Shown here in pieces: positions 38,201 to 51,900 of a stretch of DNA of 64,000 bases (positions within the stretch are counted from its first letter, which is position 1; each line of letters opens with the position of its first letter). The stretch covers positions 806,001-870,000 of the forward strand of contig CM120646.1 of assembly GCA_051362555.1 (NCBI GenBank). The letters are read 5' to 3'. The stretch is from Lingula anatina. Its lineage: Eukaryota; Animalia; Brachiopoda. The position numbers and the translations under genes were made by a program. Under the pieces are notes generated by a model. The model was not told the origin of the DNA, ran no database searches, and worked only from the letters and a program-made list of their open reading frames with translations.

Positions 38201-41200
38201 TGCATTCACCAGTGAGAATAAAAACCATCCTCTTTTCTCTTGGCATTCTCTCTCTTATTCCTATTATTTATATTTCCTAAATGATTTCAGGCTGTGGAGG
38301 TAACTACACCACACCGACAGCCACCATCATGTCAGCTAACTACCCCAACAACTACCCCAGTACCACAGACTGTCTCTATAAGATCACTGTACAACCCAAC
38401 AGAGTGGTGCAGCTGACCTTTGAAGATTTTGATGTGGAGACACACTCCAACTGCTCCTATGACTATGTAGCAGTGAGTATACTTCTCATTTTTGATATAG
38501 TTTTAGTTGATTTCTTTAAACTAAAAACATATTTTTATGAAAGCTCTGTTGCCAATCATTACAAGTGATTTAGATATCTCCTCTTCCTTCTTTTCAATAT
38601 AAAAACCATCTCTTATTTTCAGCTGGTTGATGGCACAGATGTTGATTCCAGTTGACTTTGATTTTTTTTTTATGATTGCTCAGATTTCAATCCTTGTGAG
38701 CAATTTAGATATCTCCTGATCCTTCTACTTTAGTATAATAAAAACCATCTGTCATTCCCAGCTCTATGATGGCCCAGATGTGAACTCCCCACAAATCATG
38801 ATCCACTGTGGCAATGCCTTACCTAGCCCTGTCACCTACAGGAGCTCCAGTAACCAGATGACTGTCAGGATGAAGTCCGACGGCTCCATCACAGCTAAGG
38901 GATTCAAGGCCACCTATGTGACAGGTAAGACAGGTAGAGAGCAGGTGTGGCAGAAAGTTTGAATAAAGGTATTTTTCTGGCTAGATTTTGAAGTCCCCAC
39001 TATTTCCAAGATAATTATCCATATCTGGGTCACATAAAGATATATAAAACGTGGTGAGAGCAATTAACACTAAGATCTGAATTTTCCTTTCACAAAACAA
39101 GAGATCTTAGTCACATATAACAGCAAAATTTCTAATCACAATTCCAGGCTGTGGTGGTATGTTGAGTGCAGAGACAGACGGCGCCATAACTTCCCCCAAC
39201 TACCCGAATGCCTATGACCACAACAGTAACTGTTCCTGGATTATAACCACAGATCAACCTAGTAAGTATAACCCTGTTATTACAGGGCCAGGTGGCAATA
39301 GGTGTGCGCTGCATGCCTTCACTGCATGTATTCATTGGAGTGTTTTTGGCTCTATGATGGCAAAGGATGATAAGGAAACAAATGAGTGGAAATGTTTCCT
39401 ATTAACTGTTGTAGTGAATGGTCTATGATTAAGTATAACAGTTTTTTGCTATATCAATGCCAACTATTTTCCACCATTTAGGGCTGATGCCTCTTTGGAC
39501 AAACAATTAAAATTTTTATTTTGGTGACAGAAAAGTCAATGAAACATATTTTGTGTGCAAGTACAATGATTGTTTTAAAATAATTCAGGATTTTAAAGTA
39601 AATAAGAAAATCAAATGAGAACAATTTGGTCATGTTCCTTCCAGCGGCCAGGGTGACCCTGATCTTCACTCACATGGACCTAGAGGACTACGCCAACTGC
39701 AGTGCTGACTACGTCATGGTTGCCGATGGCAACAACGCTAATGCTCCAGTCCTTGGAACGTATTGCGGCACACGCATTCCTCCTGCCATTACGTCATTCA
39801 GTGGTGCCCTCTATGTGCAGTTTGTCAGTGACCAATCAGTTGGTCAATCTGGGTTCAGGGCAATATACAGCAAATCGTCCTCCTGTAAGTATTTTTTATC
39901 TCAGTCAAATTCTCTTCTTGTGGATATTTAAATCTAAATGAAATTCTCTTCCTATGAGATTATATATTTTTGTCAAATCTACTTCTTGTGAATAATGCAT
40001 GTCTAGGTAAAATTCTCCTTGTTATCATTTATATCTTATAAAAAAAAACAATCAAAGGGCCTCAGGCACATGTCATGCTCATCATTGTGAGCCATGAAAG
40101 TAGGGAGGGTTTGGCCAGAGAAGAATTTCATAAGCTGTCTAAGGTTATTAGAATAAAGTAAATTTTTCTTCAATCAACAGCCAATTATTGAAATTGTTCA
40201 CCTCCAAAATTTCAATGCCTATCAAAGCATGTTCATCAGGGAATGAGGCTGTCCAGGTGCAAGATGAATAATGGAAGTGAAGAGAGCTAGGATTTGTATT
40301 ATATACTAAATTGTGTGCCATTTTCTTCCAGTCTGTGGTGGAGATCTGACATCCCAGCAGGGAGCATTCAACAGTCCTGGCTACCCAGATAACTACCCCA
40401 GGGAGACTGAGTGTATCTGGACTATCACTGCCTCCCCTGGGAACAGAATACAACTGGCTTTCAGGTTAGATTTAGAATAATATAATAATGTATATCTCGG
40501 TCACTTGGGTGACTGTATCATCTCACAATGAAACCAAATTGAATGATTGTATATTTTTGTATACTGTATATATGTGCTAACTTATTTTTCATTAGTTCAA
40601 TTTGTATTATATGTGATTGTCTTATTTATCTTCCTCTTTATTTATGCATTTTCGCTTTATTTACTTGTTGGTGTAATTTTTGTTGCATTCTCCACATGTT
40701 TATATTAAAACTTCTTATTCATGAATGATTCCAGCATGTTTAACCTTGAGAACCATTACCTGTGTAATTATGACTATGTGGAGATCCGTGATGGAGGCGT
40801 CAGCGGTGATCTGGTTGGGCGTTACTGTGGCACCAATACACCGTCTAACCTGACGGCCAGTAACAGCCTCTGGATCAAGTTCCGCTCCAATCAGGCCAAC
40901 AATGGTCAGGGCTTCATGGCTGAATACACCACAGGTATTTCTGACATGTCATTGCAGGTCTTTTAATTTTGTGAATCTATGACATGATAGTTTGTATTTC
41001 AAAAAATCTTCAAAAATTTTCAAGAATTTTAAAACTGGGTTTTGGTTCTTGGTGGCATACACTAAATTAACTATTTGCTAGTTGAGAGTTGTAAGAGATC
41101 TGAATTATTTTTGATTCTCAGACAAAGATTAAACAAAACAGTGATGTACTTTCTCTTAGTGTTGCCTATAAACTATATTCATAATTATGATTTATTCAGC

Positions 41201-42932
41201 TTATAATATTACATGTAAACATTCAGGCTTTCTATGCTCTTTCTAATGCTGCAACTGATTATGACAAAGAAAAAAGGTAATAAATAATTGACTATCTTCA
41301 GTATATGGAGGCCAGATCTCAGGGTCCTCAGGACAGGTGGCGTCCCCTATGTACCCCAGCCCGTACCCACACAATACAGAGGCGGCCTGGGTGATTACTG
41401 TCCCCTTGGGTCAAGTGGTCAGGGTGGCATTTGATGTCCTGGACCTGGAGACCAGCGGAACCTGCTACTTTGATTATGTTCAAGTAGGGTTTTCAAGAAA
41501 AATTGGTCTTTTTCACTTTTTGTATTAATTTCTATGTGTCTGTGTATTTTGCTACATTGTTATGCCATGTTGTATCAAGTCAGAGTGGCTAGCATGCCAT
41601 CTAGTACTCAAAATACAAAGATGTTATGGCTCACATCTTACAAATTATAGAATATTGATGTGTTTCTCCTCTAAATAATAAACGCAGTACATATAAATGC
41701 TAGGTGTTGGTACCTGTGTCCAGTTGTCATATATATAACATATGTTAAAATGTTACAACTTGAAAACCTTCCAGTTTCGGGATGGAGGAGCGGCAGATGC
41801 ACCACAAATTGGCAAATACTGTGGCACCACGGCACCATCACCGTTTACGTCGACAGGGAACCAGCTGTATGTGGCGTTCAAGTCTGACGCCAGCAGCACT
41901 GGGCAGGGGTTCCTGTTTAACTGGCAGGCGGTGTCTACTGTGATCACAACCCCGTCACCCACACAAGCCACTACTCCAGGTGACTGTCTGGGTGTAACTT
42001 GAATATTGGCATTTCCGGATGAGACTGTCTGGGTGTAACTTGAATATTGGCATTTCCAGATATGTCTGTCTGGGTGTAACTTGAATATTGGCATTTCTAG
42101 ATATGACTGTCTGGGTGTAACTTGAATATTGGCATTTCCGGATGTGCTTGATTGAGTTAATTTGCACACAAATGCATGCACACACTAACCCAGATTACCA
42201 TTGCAAGAAACATGATAATTGTGACCTTTCTGCTCATGATGACATATAATACAGTAACTGCATATCTAAATTTCATCAAAAGAAATAATTTATAGTAGTA
42301 CACAAGATGGATTTTGCTTTCAGTGCCTGGTTGTGGAGGTGAACTGAGTGCCAGTGAAGTGGCCAACACTGTGGTCTCTCCAGGATATCCCAGTGGTTAT
42401 GTTAATAGATTAAACTGTGTCTGGACCATACGCTCCACCCCAGGATATAAGATATGGTTTAACATCACCTTTATTAACCTGGAGGCACACTCTGCCTGCA
42501 ACTATGACAAACTGGTGCTCTATGACAGTAAGTCAGACATTTATTGATAATGTATAGAAAGAGCCCGTAATGAGAGAAAGTGTGCAGCACGTGTATGGCA
42601 CGCTGTACCTAATGTATGGTATTTTCTGTGTTTCAAAGGTACTTACAGTTTTGGTAGTATGTACAGTTATAATACTGCTGCTTTTGAAACTATAGATTTT
42701 GACATAATTCTACAAACTTCTTGCTCTCTTTCTATCCAGATGATGCTGCATTTGGTCGTGTCCTTGGCACATTCTGCGGCCGCCAACCAAATACTGAGCC
42801 TGTCATAGCTACCTCCAATGTCATGACAGCCAAGTTTACAACTGACTCCTCTGTTACCAGGACTGGCTTTGCTGCCAGTTATAAGACAAGTGGGTGATAT
42901 TTGGTTAAAGCAGTTTTTCTGTTCTGGTGATC

Positions 42933-42964
<32 letters not shown>

Positions 42965-45900
42965 AAAATTAGAGTGGTTTGATAAAATTTTCAGTTTTGT
43001 AAAAAATTTATCGTTTTTTTTTTTATGATAAGCTTGAAAAAATAACTATATTCTATTTGACGGTGTTTGGAATCAAATGGTGAATAGTATTCTTTGCAAA
43101 GATTTGTGAACTCCATGTTAGGATTCAACTGAGCATTGATGATTATTATTAAGAAGTTGACAGTTAATTAAATACTGGAGTTTTTTTTTTGTGCTTAATA
43201 AGTCTGAAGTCTGAAGTCTGAGTTGTTGTGATTTTAACTATTTCTAGCATGTGGTGGTGTACTTGATGGACCCACAGGGGTCATCCAAAGTCCATCCTAC
43301 CCTAACAGCTACCCCAATAACGCCAACTGTACCTGGGTGATCAGAGTGACCAATGGAAGGACCATTAGTGTGGAGTTTGACACCTTTAATATCCAGTCTA
43401 CGTCCTCCTGCAGCGGGGACGGAATTATGGTGAGCTGTATTCATACTCGCACTAGAATATTTGAATTTAGCCAAATACTAAATGGGCCTAGGTTAGCCCA
43501 CATAAACAGGAGCTAAAAATCCTTTTTTTTTTAGATGTTTTAATGTCACTGTTTTTACAGCCTTGGTGTATTTTATGTCTGTCTGTTTGACAGCTTTGCT
43601 GCATTATTTTTCTCATAATTTAAACCAAAATCATATCATACATTCTAGCTTCTGAATGGAGACAACAGTGGTTCACCACCTTTGGGTAACGATGCCTCAG
43701 GGAAATACTGTGGTACCACTGCCCCTGCTAACATCAACACAACCAGCAACCGCATGTATATCAACTTTTACTCTGATGGCTCTGGATCTTCACAGGGATT
43801 TAAGTTGATCTTCAGAGAGGTGAGCAGCATGGCTGTATGGTACTGGTGGTAGTCAAATATTACATGTTTTTCTCCTTGGGCAGAGCAGAAATAACATAGT
43901 TTTAAGTAGATTTAGCTAATTTAACTAATTTGATAACTTTTAGAATGTCTTCCATCATCACACAGAATATTATATAAAAGAAAATTATGCACCTTAAAAT
44001 ATAAATCATCAGCATGCCTTGATTGGTCCTAGGGGCCAGTTGGCTGTAAATATTTGGACACCAATTAATCTCTGCTTTCCTCTGCTGTTTCAGGTATCAG
44101 TGACCTGTGGTGGACGTCTCACTCTCACCAATGATGTCCGTAGTGGGTTTGTCACCAGTCCTAACTACCCGCAGCCCTACCCACACAATGTGGACTGTAT
44201 CTGGGTGATCACAGCCCCATCTACAGACCAAGTTCAGCTGGACTTTGTCGATGAGTTTAACATTGAGCAGCATTCTCAGTAAGTGTTAATTGGCTGTGTG
44301 TGTTTTTGTAGCTCAGTGACATTTGTTTGAGTCCATTTTCATATTTCAAATTCAGTGTATTTTTATTGTGGTTGTCATGGAGAAAAGTTGACCGTTTTAG
44401 CAGCGTAGCTTAGCTAAAAGACTTGATTAAATTTGATATAGTTGGCTTTTTAATTACCATAATTTGAATTCCTGAACATTCTTATCCGATCAGATGCCAG
44501 TATGACTATGTACGTGTGAGAGACGGAGGTACTGAGAACGGACCAGAACTCGGTACTTTCTGTGGCAGGACCCGTCCCAGCACTGTCCATTCCACTGGAA
44601 ACATTATGTATGTCCGCTTCAGAACAGACGACAGCGTTCCCAGGACTGGGTTCAAGGCACGCTACCAGATATGTGAGTCAATGGTTACTTCATGTTAAGC
44701 ACAGGATGTGGTTCTATGGGTTTGATCTAGATTCTGTAACACTTCTTAAGTTGGGTCAATTTTTAGGGTGAAAAGGTCTACTTTTTCAGAAAAAGACCCT
44801 TATTTGAAATTGTTGGTTACAGGCCTGTTGATCAGCTTTAACTACATTTTGTTTTTTGGAATTATTTAATTAAAAAATGAGAGACATTTCTATGACATTG
44901 AAATATCACTTAGTTTAAAGTTGAATTGAACTTTGTCAAATTTTTATTACAGTTTGTTACCTAATTGATACTTCTTACTTCCAGTCACAAATATCTGAAA
45001 TTAAATTCCATTTAATTGTATTTTTTTTACTGCAGCCACATGTGGAGGCACTATTAACGCAGACTCTGGCAGCATAATGAGCCCTAACTATCCCGACCCA
45101 TATGGGAATGACGCCAACTGTGAGTGGTTCGTTAACGGCCCTACGGGACACTACCTGACCTTCACCTTTGAGGCGTTCAATCTGCAGCAGAGTGATAACT
45201 GTGTCAACAATGATTACCTGCAGATCAGAGACCTGAACAGAACAGGTGGGATGAAATGGAAAATGAAAAAATAGAAATACACAATTTTTTGTTTCATGTT
45301 TACATATACTCTGTAAATAGTAATTTATATCTTAAAAGCTGTATAAAAGAACAATTTTTAAACTTTGATTTTCAGGTGTATAATAAAATACAATTCTATT
45401 ATGATTATGAGATTCATGTACATTAAATACTTTTCTAATGAGTTTAGTCATTAGGTTTCTTTTAGCCTAGATAAATTAACTGATACTGTTTCTCTTCCCC
45501 TAGGTCCAATCTTAGGGTTCTTGTGTGGCACTTCTCTCCCTGCTCCTGTGAGGACATCTGACAGTTTTGCCTACCTGCAGTTCAAAACTGACCGCGCCAC
45601 GACAGCTCAAGGGTTCAAGGTCAACTTTGAGGCCAGCGTTGAAGGTAAGGCGTCTGTTTTAACTGTGTGTGATACAGATGAAAGAGGAGTCCTTTAGGCT
45701 GGAATTTTTATCATGCTGGATCTGAAAAGATATTTTGAATTAACATATGTTGGTGAAAGATCGTAAACTATTGAGTGTTTACATGTGCACAATTATAAAC
45801 AATTATTCTCATCAATTTATGTATGACAAGAGCTTCAATTTATAACAAATAATTGTTAAAGTGAGGTTTTTACTAAAATATTACTTAAAATTGAAGTCAA

Positions 45901-48900
45901 AAAGGAAAAAAATCATATACTTGATTACTCACATCATCAGCCTAGCTTCCAAAGTATGTGCTCTCATCACTCGTGTACACATTCTTTGTCCACTTCATGT
46001 TCACTTCATGCCCACTTCATGTCCACTTCATGCCCACTTCATATCCACCTGTATTCCAGGTTGTGGTGGAGAATTAAACACCCCCACTGGGGTCATCACC
46101 AGTCCTAACTACCCTGGCTCCTACCCTCACTCCAGGACCTGTACCTGGCTGATAACAGTGGCCCCTGGACGTAGAGTGTCCCTGGAGTTCACTGATGTCA
46201 ACATCGAGGCCCACTCTAGGTGTCGCTATGACTATATTCAGGTAACTGATATGAAGTGGAAAAGTATATGATAACTAATCTTGGTGCATTCCCCTTACAT
46301 ATTGTTATAAGGTGTCTCATTTGTAGGTCCAGTTGGGGAATATTTCTGCTTGAAGTTTTAAAATTCTCTTACTCAATTAAGGAATGATTGACAGCATCTC
46401 TATTCTCTCACCAGGTTTACAATGGCATTATGCGTGAGTCACCAAGTCTGGGGTATTTCTGCGGCACCACCAACCCAGGAATCATGAAGTCCTCTGGAAA
46501 CACCATGAAAGTAGAGTTTGTCACTGATGGTTCCGTCACCAATGGAGGATTTAGGGCACAGTATACATCACAGGAGCCTATCAGTATGTGGATAATTTTA
46601 GTAGTTTTCTCCCATGTGATTATGGGATGTGGGATCAATTTTGTTATTAATAAGCCATTTCAGATGTTTATTCTAAATTCAGGTAATAATTGGTGAATTG
46701 CAGTAAGATATTAGCATATGTCAATAAACCAGTCTGAAATAAAGACTTTAAATGAAATGTTATAAATCAGATAGTAGTTTTCAGAAGGTGTGCAGGTAAA
46801 TTTGTAACGTGAAAAGATAGAAATAAGTCATTAAAATTTAATGTTCATATTACAGAATGTGGTGGCACCATCACCAATGCAAATGGCGCCAGTGGCACCC
46901 TGATGTCCCCTGGTTTCCAGAATGGCAACTATTCCAATGACGAGCAGTGCGTCTGGGTCCTGACTAACACCAATGGTGGCTATAACTCCTCCATTGGTTT
47001 GCGATTTACTGCATTTGCATTGGAGGAACATGGCAGCTGCAATTATGATTATCTGGAAATTAGGGAAGGTACGAGCAGTTTTGGTAGCAAGGAACATTGG
47101 GGGAGGGGGGGGGGACACTGATGACCTGGCAGCCTGCTCCTTTCATTTCTCCATTTCTCCTGTCTACCTTCCTCATGTCTTCACACTACTTCCTGCCTGC
47201 CCCCTCCAGAGTGTTGACATCCCATCTCTACCTGCCTCTTCCTCCCTTCTACTATAGCCTGCATTATTATAAGATGCTGTGGAATTGACAAGCTCTTGCT
47301 AATTTTTATGAAAATGTTTCCATGTATTTTACTCCCGCCCCCATTCCCCCAAAAATTATACAGTAACAGGATAATGAAAGACAATTTCTGATATGACTTA
47401 ATATCAGAAGAATTCATTTTTTCCCTTGTTTGCTTTTACTTAAACAAAAAGAGGTTCAGAAGAGTTATTTTAAAATAAAAAAAAACTGTCTCTCAGTATC
47501 TTACATACAATGGAAATAGGCTTGTATTTATATTTTGGTAGCTTTGAAGTCTTTTCTGACCTATCTGATGTTACAAATCATATGTACTCTTCCTTTTTTC
47601 GCAGGCACTGATCAAACAGGTACCTTGCTTGGTCGTTACTGTGGCAACACCACAATTCCCCCACGAATGGTCACTCCCAGTCCGTATCTGTGGGTCATGT
47701 TCCGTACTGACCATTCCATAGTGGACACAGGGTTCTCCTTGGACTATAACTTTACGCGTAAGTTATTGTTTTGTTTAGAAATCTTTTCATTTGTCTCACT
47801 TAAAAATAGAATTGTATTGTTTTGATTTATATTGTATTGGTTTCTTTATTATATTATATTATATTATATTATATTATATTATATTATATTATATTATATT
47901 ATATTATATTATATTATATTATATTATATTATATTATATTATATTATATAGGTTGTGGAGGAGTACTGTTGTCCCAGCAGGGGGTCATCACTAGTCCAAA
48001 CTATCCCAATAACTACGATCACTTTGATCAGTGTGGCTGGGAGATCCTGGCTCCGGATAACTACCAGATTATTGTGAGTAGGACTATCATCTCAAAGTCA
48101 ATGCACATTGGGTTTTTATATAGAAAAACTAGATATTTGCTCTAATTTTGTCTCAGAATTCTTGTATTCTCATAATATTTGAGTCATAAACTCTTCTATT
48201 TCCTACATTTAAATGCTCTAGTGTATGGGAAGCCTGGTATGGAGAGAATGCAATTGATTCTAAAGCTTTTACTACTGTCACATTTTTGAGTGGTAAGAGT
48301 TTTAAAATATCCTATGGTGAAATTACTTCATAAAATGTCTATTTTAATTGTATTGTTTAAGGTCGAGGTCACTAATATGAACATAGAAGATCATGACAAG
48401 TGTCAGTATGATTACCTGGAGATCTTCAATGGCGGCACTGCATCATCGCCCTCTATTGGCAAGTTCTGTGGCTCATCCCCTCCAGAATCATTCCGCTCAC
48501 AGAGTAACCGCCTTCGTATAGAGTTCCATGCAGACTCCAGTGTGTCTGCGTCGGGATTCCGGTTGACATACAGGATGGATGGTGGAGGTAAGCTGGTGTT
48601 ATTGATAGTATTATGCTGGGCAGTATTTCACAAAAGAACAAGGCAGCAAAGCTGTTAAATGTACAGATAAAAAGCAGCAAATCATGATGTACAAAATAGG
48701 TTGTTTTGTCAATTATGATGCAATAATGCATTGTGATTAACAGCAAAATCAGCACCAAATTTCATGATAAAACAAAACACATGATTTGGTCTTAACTTTC
48801 ATGAACTCCATAGCCAGAACTAAATATGTTGAGTTGATATATAAATTATAACCATTTATCATACAATAAAATATAGCTCTCTTCAGGTTTTGCTTGTTAA

Positions 48901-51900
48901 ACCCCCTTGTTTAAGACCAAGATGTTAAGCCTGATGTGATCCTATATACTATACTCTGTACTAGTCCTCCTAAATGAAATGGTATAATATTACTCCAGAT
49001 CATGTTCTAAAATGTTTATTCCATCAGGTTGTGGAGGCACACTGCATGGTAAGAAAGGGTACATCAGCAGTCCTAACTACCCTAACCGCTACCCACATAA
49101 TGTGGAGTGCATGTGGGAGATCAACACTGACCCAGGATACCATGTGCTCCTGGACTTTAACTCCCCCTTTGACCTGGAGAATGCTGGGAACTGTATCTAT
49201 GACTACGTGGAGGTAAGGTCATAGGGCAAAGGTTATGACCCCAATCTTTGTATGACTTCATACTTTATGAAACTTAATCAGTATCAATATAAATGTGTAA
49301 TCTTTGAAAAAAGATTCAGGTACAATGTAATGTAGATACAGATTTGAAATTATTAACTACTGACACTCTGATATCAAAGCAGTGAATTTAAGTATTAGTT
49401 CACTTTATAGTTTCATGAATTTTTAAAAATATTTTATAGAGCAGTTGCAGTTTTTGCTTTTCTCATTTTATATTTTGATTAAATAGTGATTTTTAAGAAA
49501 CCCATCAAAGAATAATTATAATGAATAATACTCATCAATAATACTCATCAAAGTAGAATCAATCATGTAATCAAATATATGTTTATATATTTGAGATGTT
49601 ATTAATTTAATTAATTCTGTTTCTGCACCAAAGGTATCTGATTACATAGCCAAGAATGATTCATGGATACCAATTACTCGCTATTGTCACAATGAAATTC
49701 CTCCATCTATACGATCAGTATCCAATAGACTGCTTGTGAAATTTCATTCCAATTCAGCAGTAAATGGCAACGGTTTCTCTGCTTCCTGGGAAGCTGGTAA
49801 GAGTCACCCTGATTTGCATGATTTAAATGATAAAGTATGATTTTTAGTGCTGCATTTGTTTCTTGCTTAAAGACATACAAAACATCTTAGAACTCCTCTT
49901 AGCCAAAAGAAAAAAATCTTGGAAATTTTAGCAACCACTAAGGTATTTGCTATCCAAAACAAATAAACTTTGAGTTGTAATACCTTATAAAAAAGCACTG
50001 AAATTTCTAGGAAAAATTAGTTTTTGCTGTATTAGATCATTTACTCAATGTTTGTCCAGAAATAAATTCCTCTCTTGGATTTTAACAGCATCATGATGTG
50101 TGATCTTTCTTCAAAGTCTTGTCTTGGTTCATGGGAGCTGTGTATAAAAACAGAAGTGAAGTAGTTTTTTGTTTTGCATTCTTTCATTGTTTTGACTGAA
50201 AATCTTGTGTTTGCTAAAAATGTCCAGACTGAAACAAAATTTGAAGCTGCTTTGAGCCAAGTCTGATATGAAGGAAGAGATAAATCCACTTCTTTGATTA
50301 TTTTTTATCTTTACATTTGACTGCTTCACATGTACTTAATCACCTTGCCTGATTGATGAACTTTGAATATTGTAGTCCTACCAGATAAGAGAACAGCATG
50401 TCTGTCATGCAAAAATTTCTGAATGCGCTTCATTTTTCAACAGCATATTTTTCAATTTCAAAAGTTTTACCACCACATATTAACTGATGGAGATTTGAAG
50501 CTTGGAGACAGGCCAGCCTCTCCATTTTCAAATCTCAATACATGCCTACTGGTTGAAATACAGATGACAGGATACATATTTGTGATTGGTGCTGCACACT
50601 TCAACCAAATTTGCTGTCGAATAATCTTGCACATATGGAGATTTGAAATTGAAGAAGCTGCCATACCTATGACCTGTAGCTCAGGCTCTGCTCATGCTTG
50701 AATACACTTTTGTGTGATACATTTATATCTAAGCTTGAAATACTAAAAAAAGGCTCATCTAGTACTAATTTGTGGTACCCAAAAAAATTTGTGCTATCAG
50801 CATAATCAAAATTTTGAACAAAATCATTCCTTTGGCAAAACAAGAATACATAATATTAATTTTGTTTTGCCAAAAGGTCTTTAACTAAACAAAATTCTAC
50901 AAAACAATATATGATAAAAATGGGTAAATGGTAGTCTGAGTGAAGACTCCAAAGAGGTGCCATGAGCCTTGATTGCGAACCACATTTCCACTAACCCTTC
51001 CTGTAGGTTCTTGACTACTCCAGCAGCGGGAATTGGGTGTCACTAGGACGTTATTGTCACAATGAGGCTCCAGCCCAGCACAAGTCCACTGGCACCAAAT
51101 TGAGGGTAAAGTTCAGATCTGACCCCTGGACCAACGGGAACGGATTCTCTGCCAACTGGACCTCAGGTAGCATGGCCAGTTGGGTCCTGAAGGAGTGAAA
51201 TTATCGAAAAGTATTTACTCATTAAAAAATAACTGGAAGAAGATTGAATGTCCAGTGGGTTATTTCCATGATTTAGCTAGGCTTTTAACAACTAAAACTT
51301 TTCATCCATCTTGATAGAGAAAATAGAACAGATGTTTATTTTTACTTACTCTGGATTGAGAGTTATAGTCTCCTCCTTAGTGTTTAGAATATCTTTTGTG
51401 AGTTTGTGCTTTGTTTGAAAATATCTCTTATAACCATGCGCATTGAAAGCATGAGAATGCCTGAGTTTGTACATTTGCTCAAGGGTAGATGCTTACAGTA
51501 TTAACGTCACTATTATATCATAACCCTGCATTGAAACTGTAAATTGGCCCTATTTTTTATAAGGGTGTGATCTTCCATCAGTTAAATTTATTTTCATGAA
51601 TTTCTGTCAGATTCATAAGAGACTGAATTTTATGGCTTCTATTTAAATTTGAAGTAAAAAGTAATAACTATAAATGATAATCTTTGTACATATGTCATTT
51701 AATATTTTCTATTAAATTTCCATGCTATCATCTACAGAGCAGGGTAAATTATGATCTGTTGAAGTATATTACAGATGTTGCATTACTTACATGTATCAAT
51801 ATTATTCTGTATTATTCTCATATTGCGTGTATTATTCTGTGTGTAGGTTGTGGCGCCCTCTTTACTCAGGACACTGGCATCATTCTTTCTCCTGGTTTCC

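Noticed and set aside
41753-42185. Minus-strand ORFs with repeated peptides
   Set aside because: They are antisense to a cubilin exon plus the 41-bp minisatellite, with no independent gene signals.
49797-51006. A missing first-half exon that would make a 28th CUB domain
   Set aside because: I found no CGG/SPxYP/CxW-type exon. ORF 50423-50701 is not CUB-like and looks like decayed repeat sequence.
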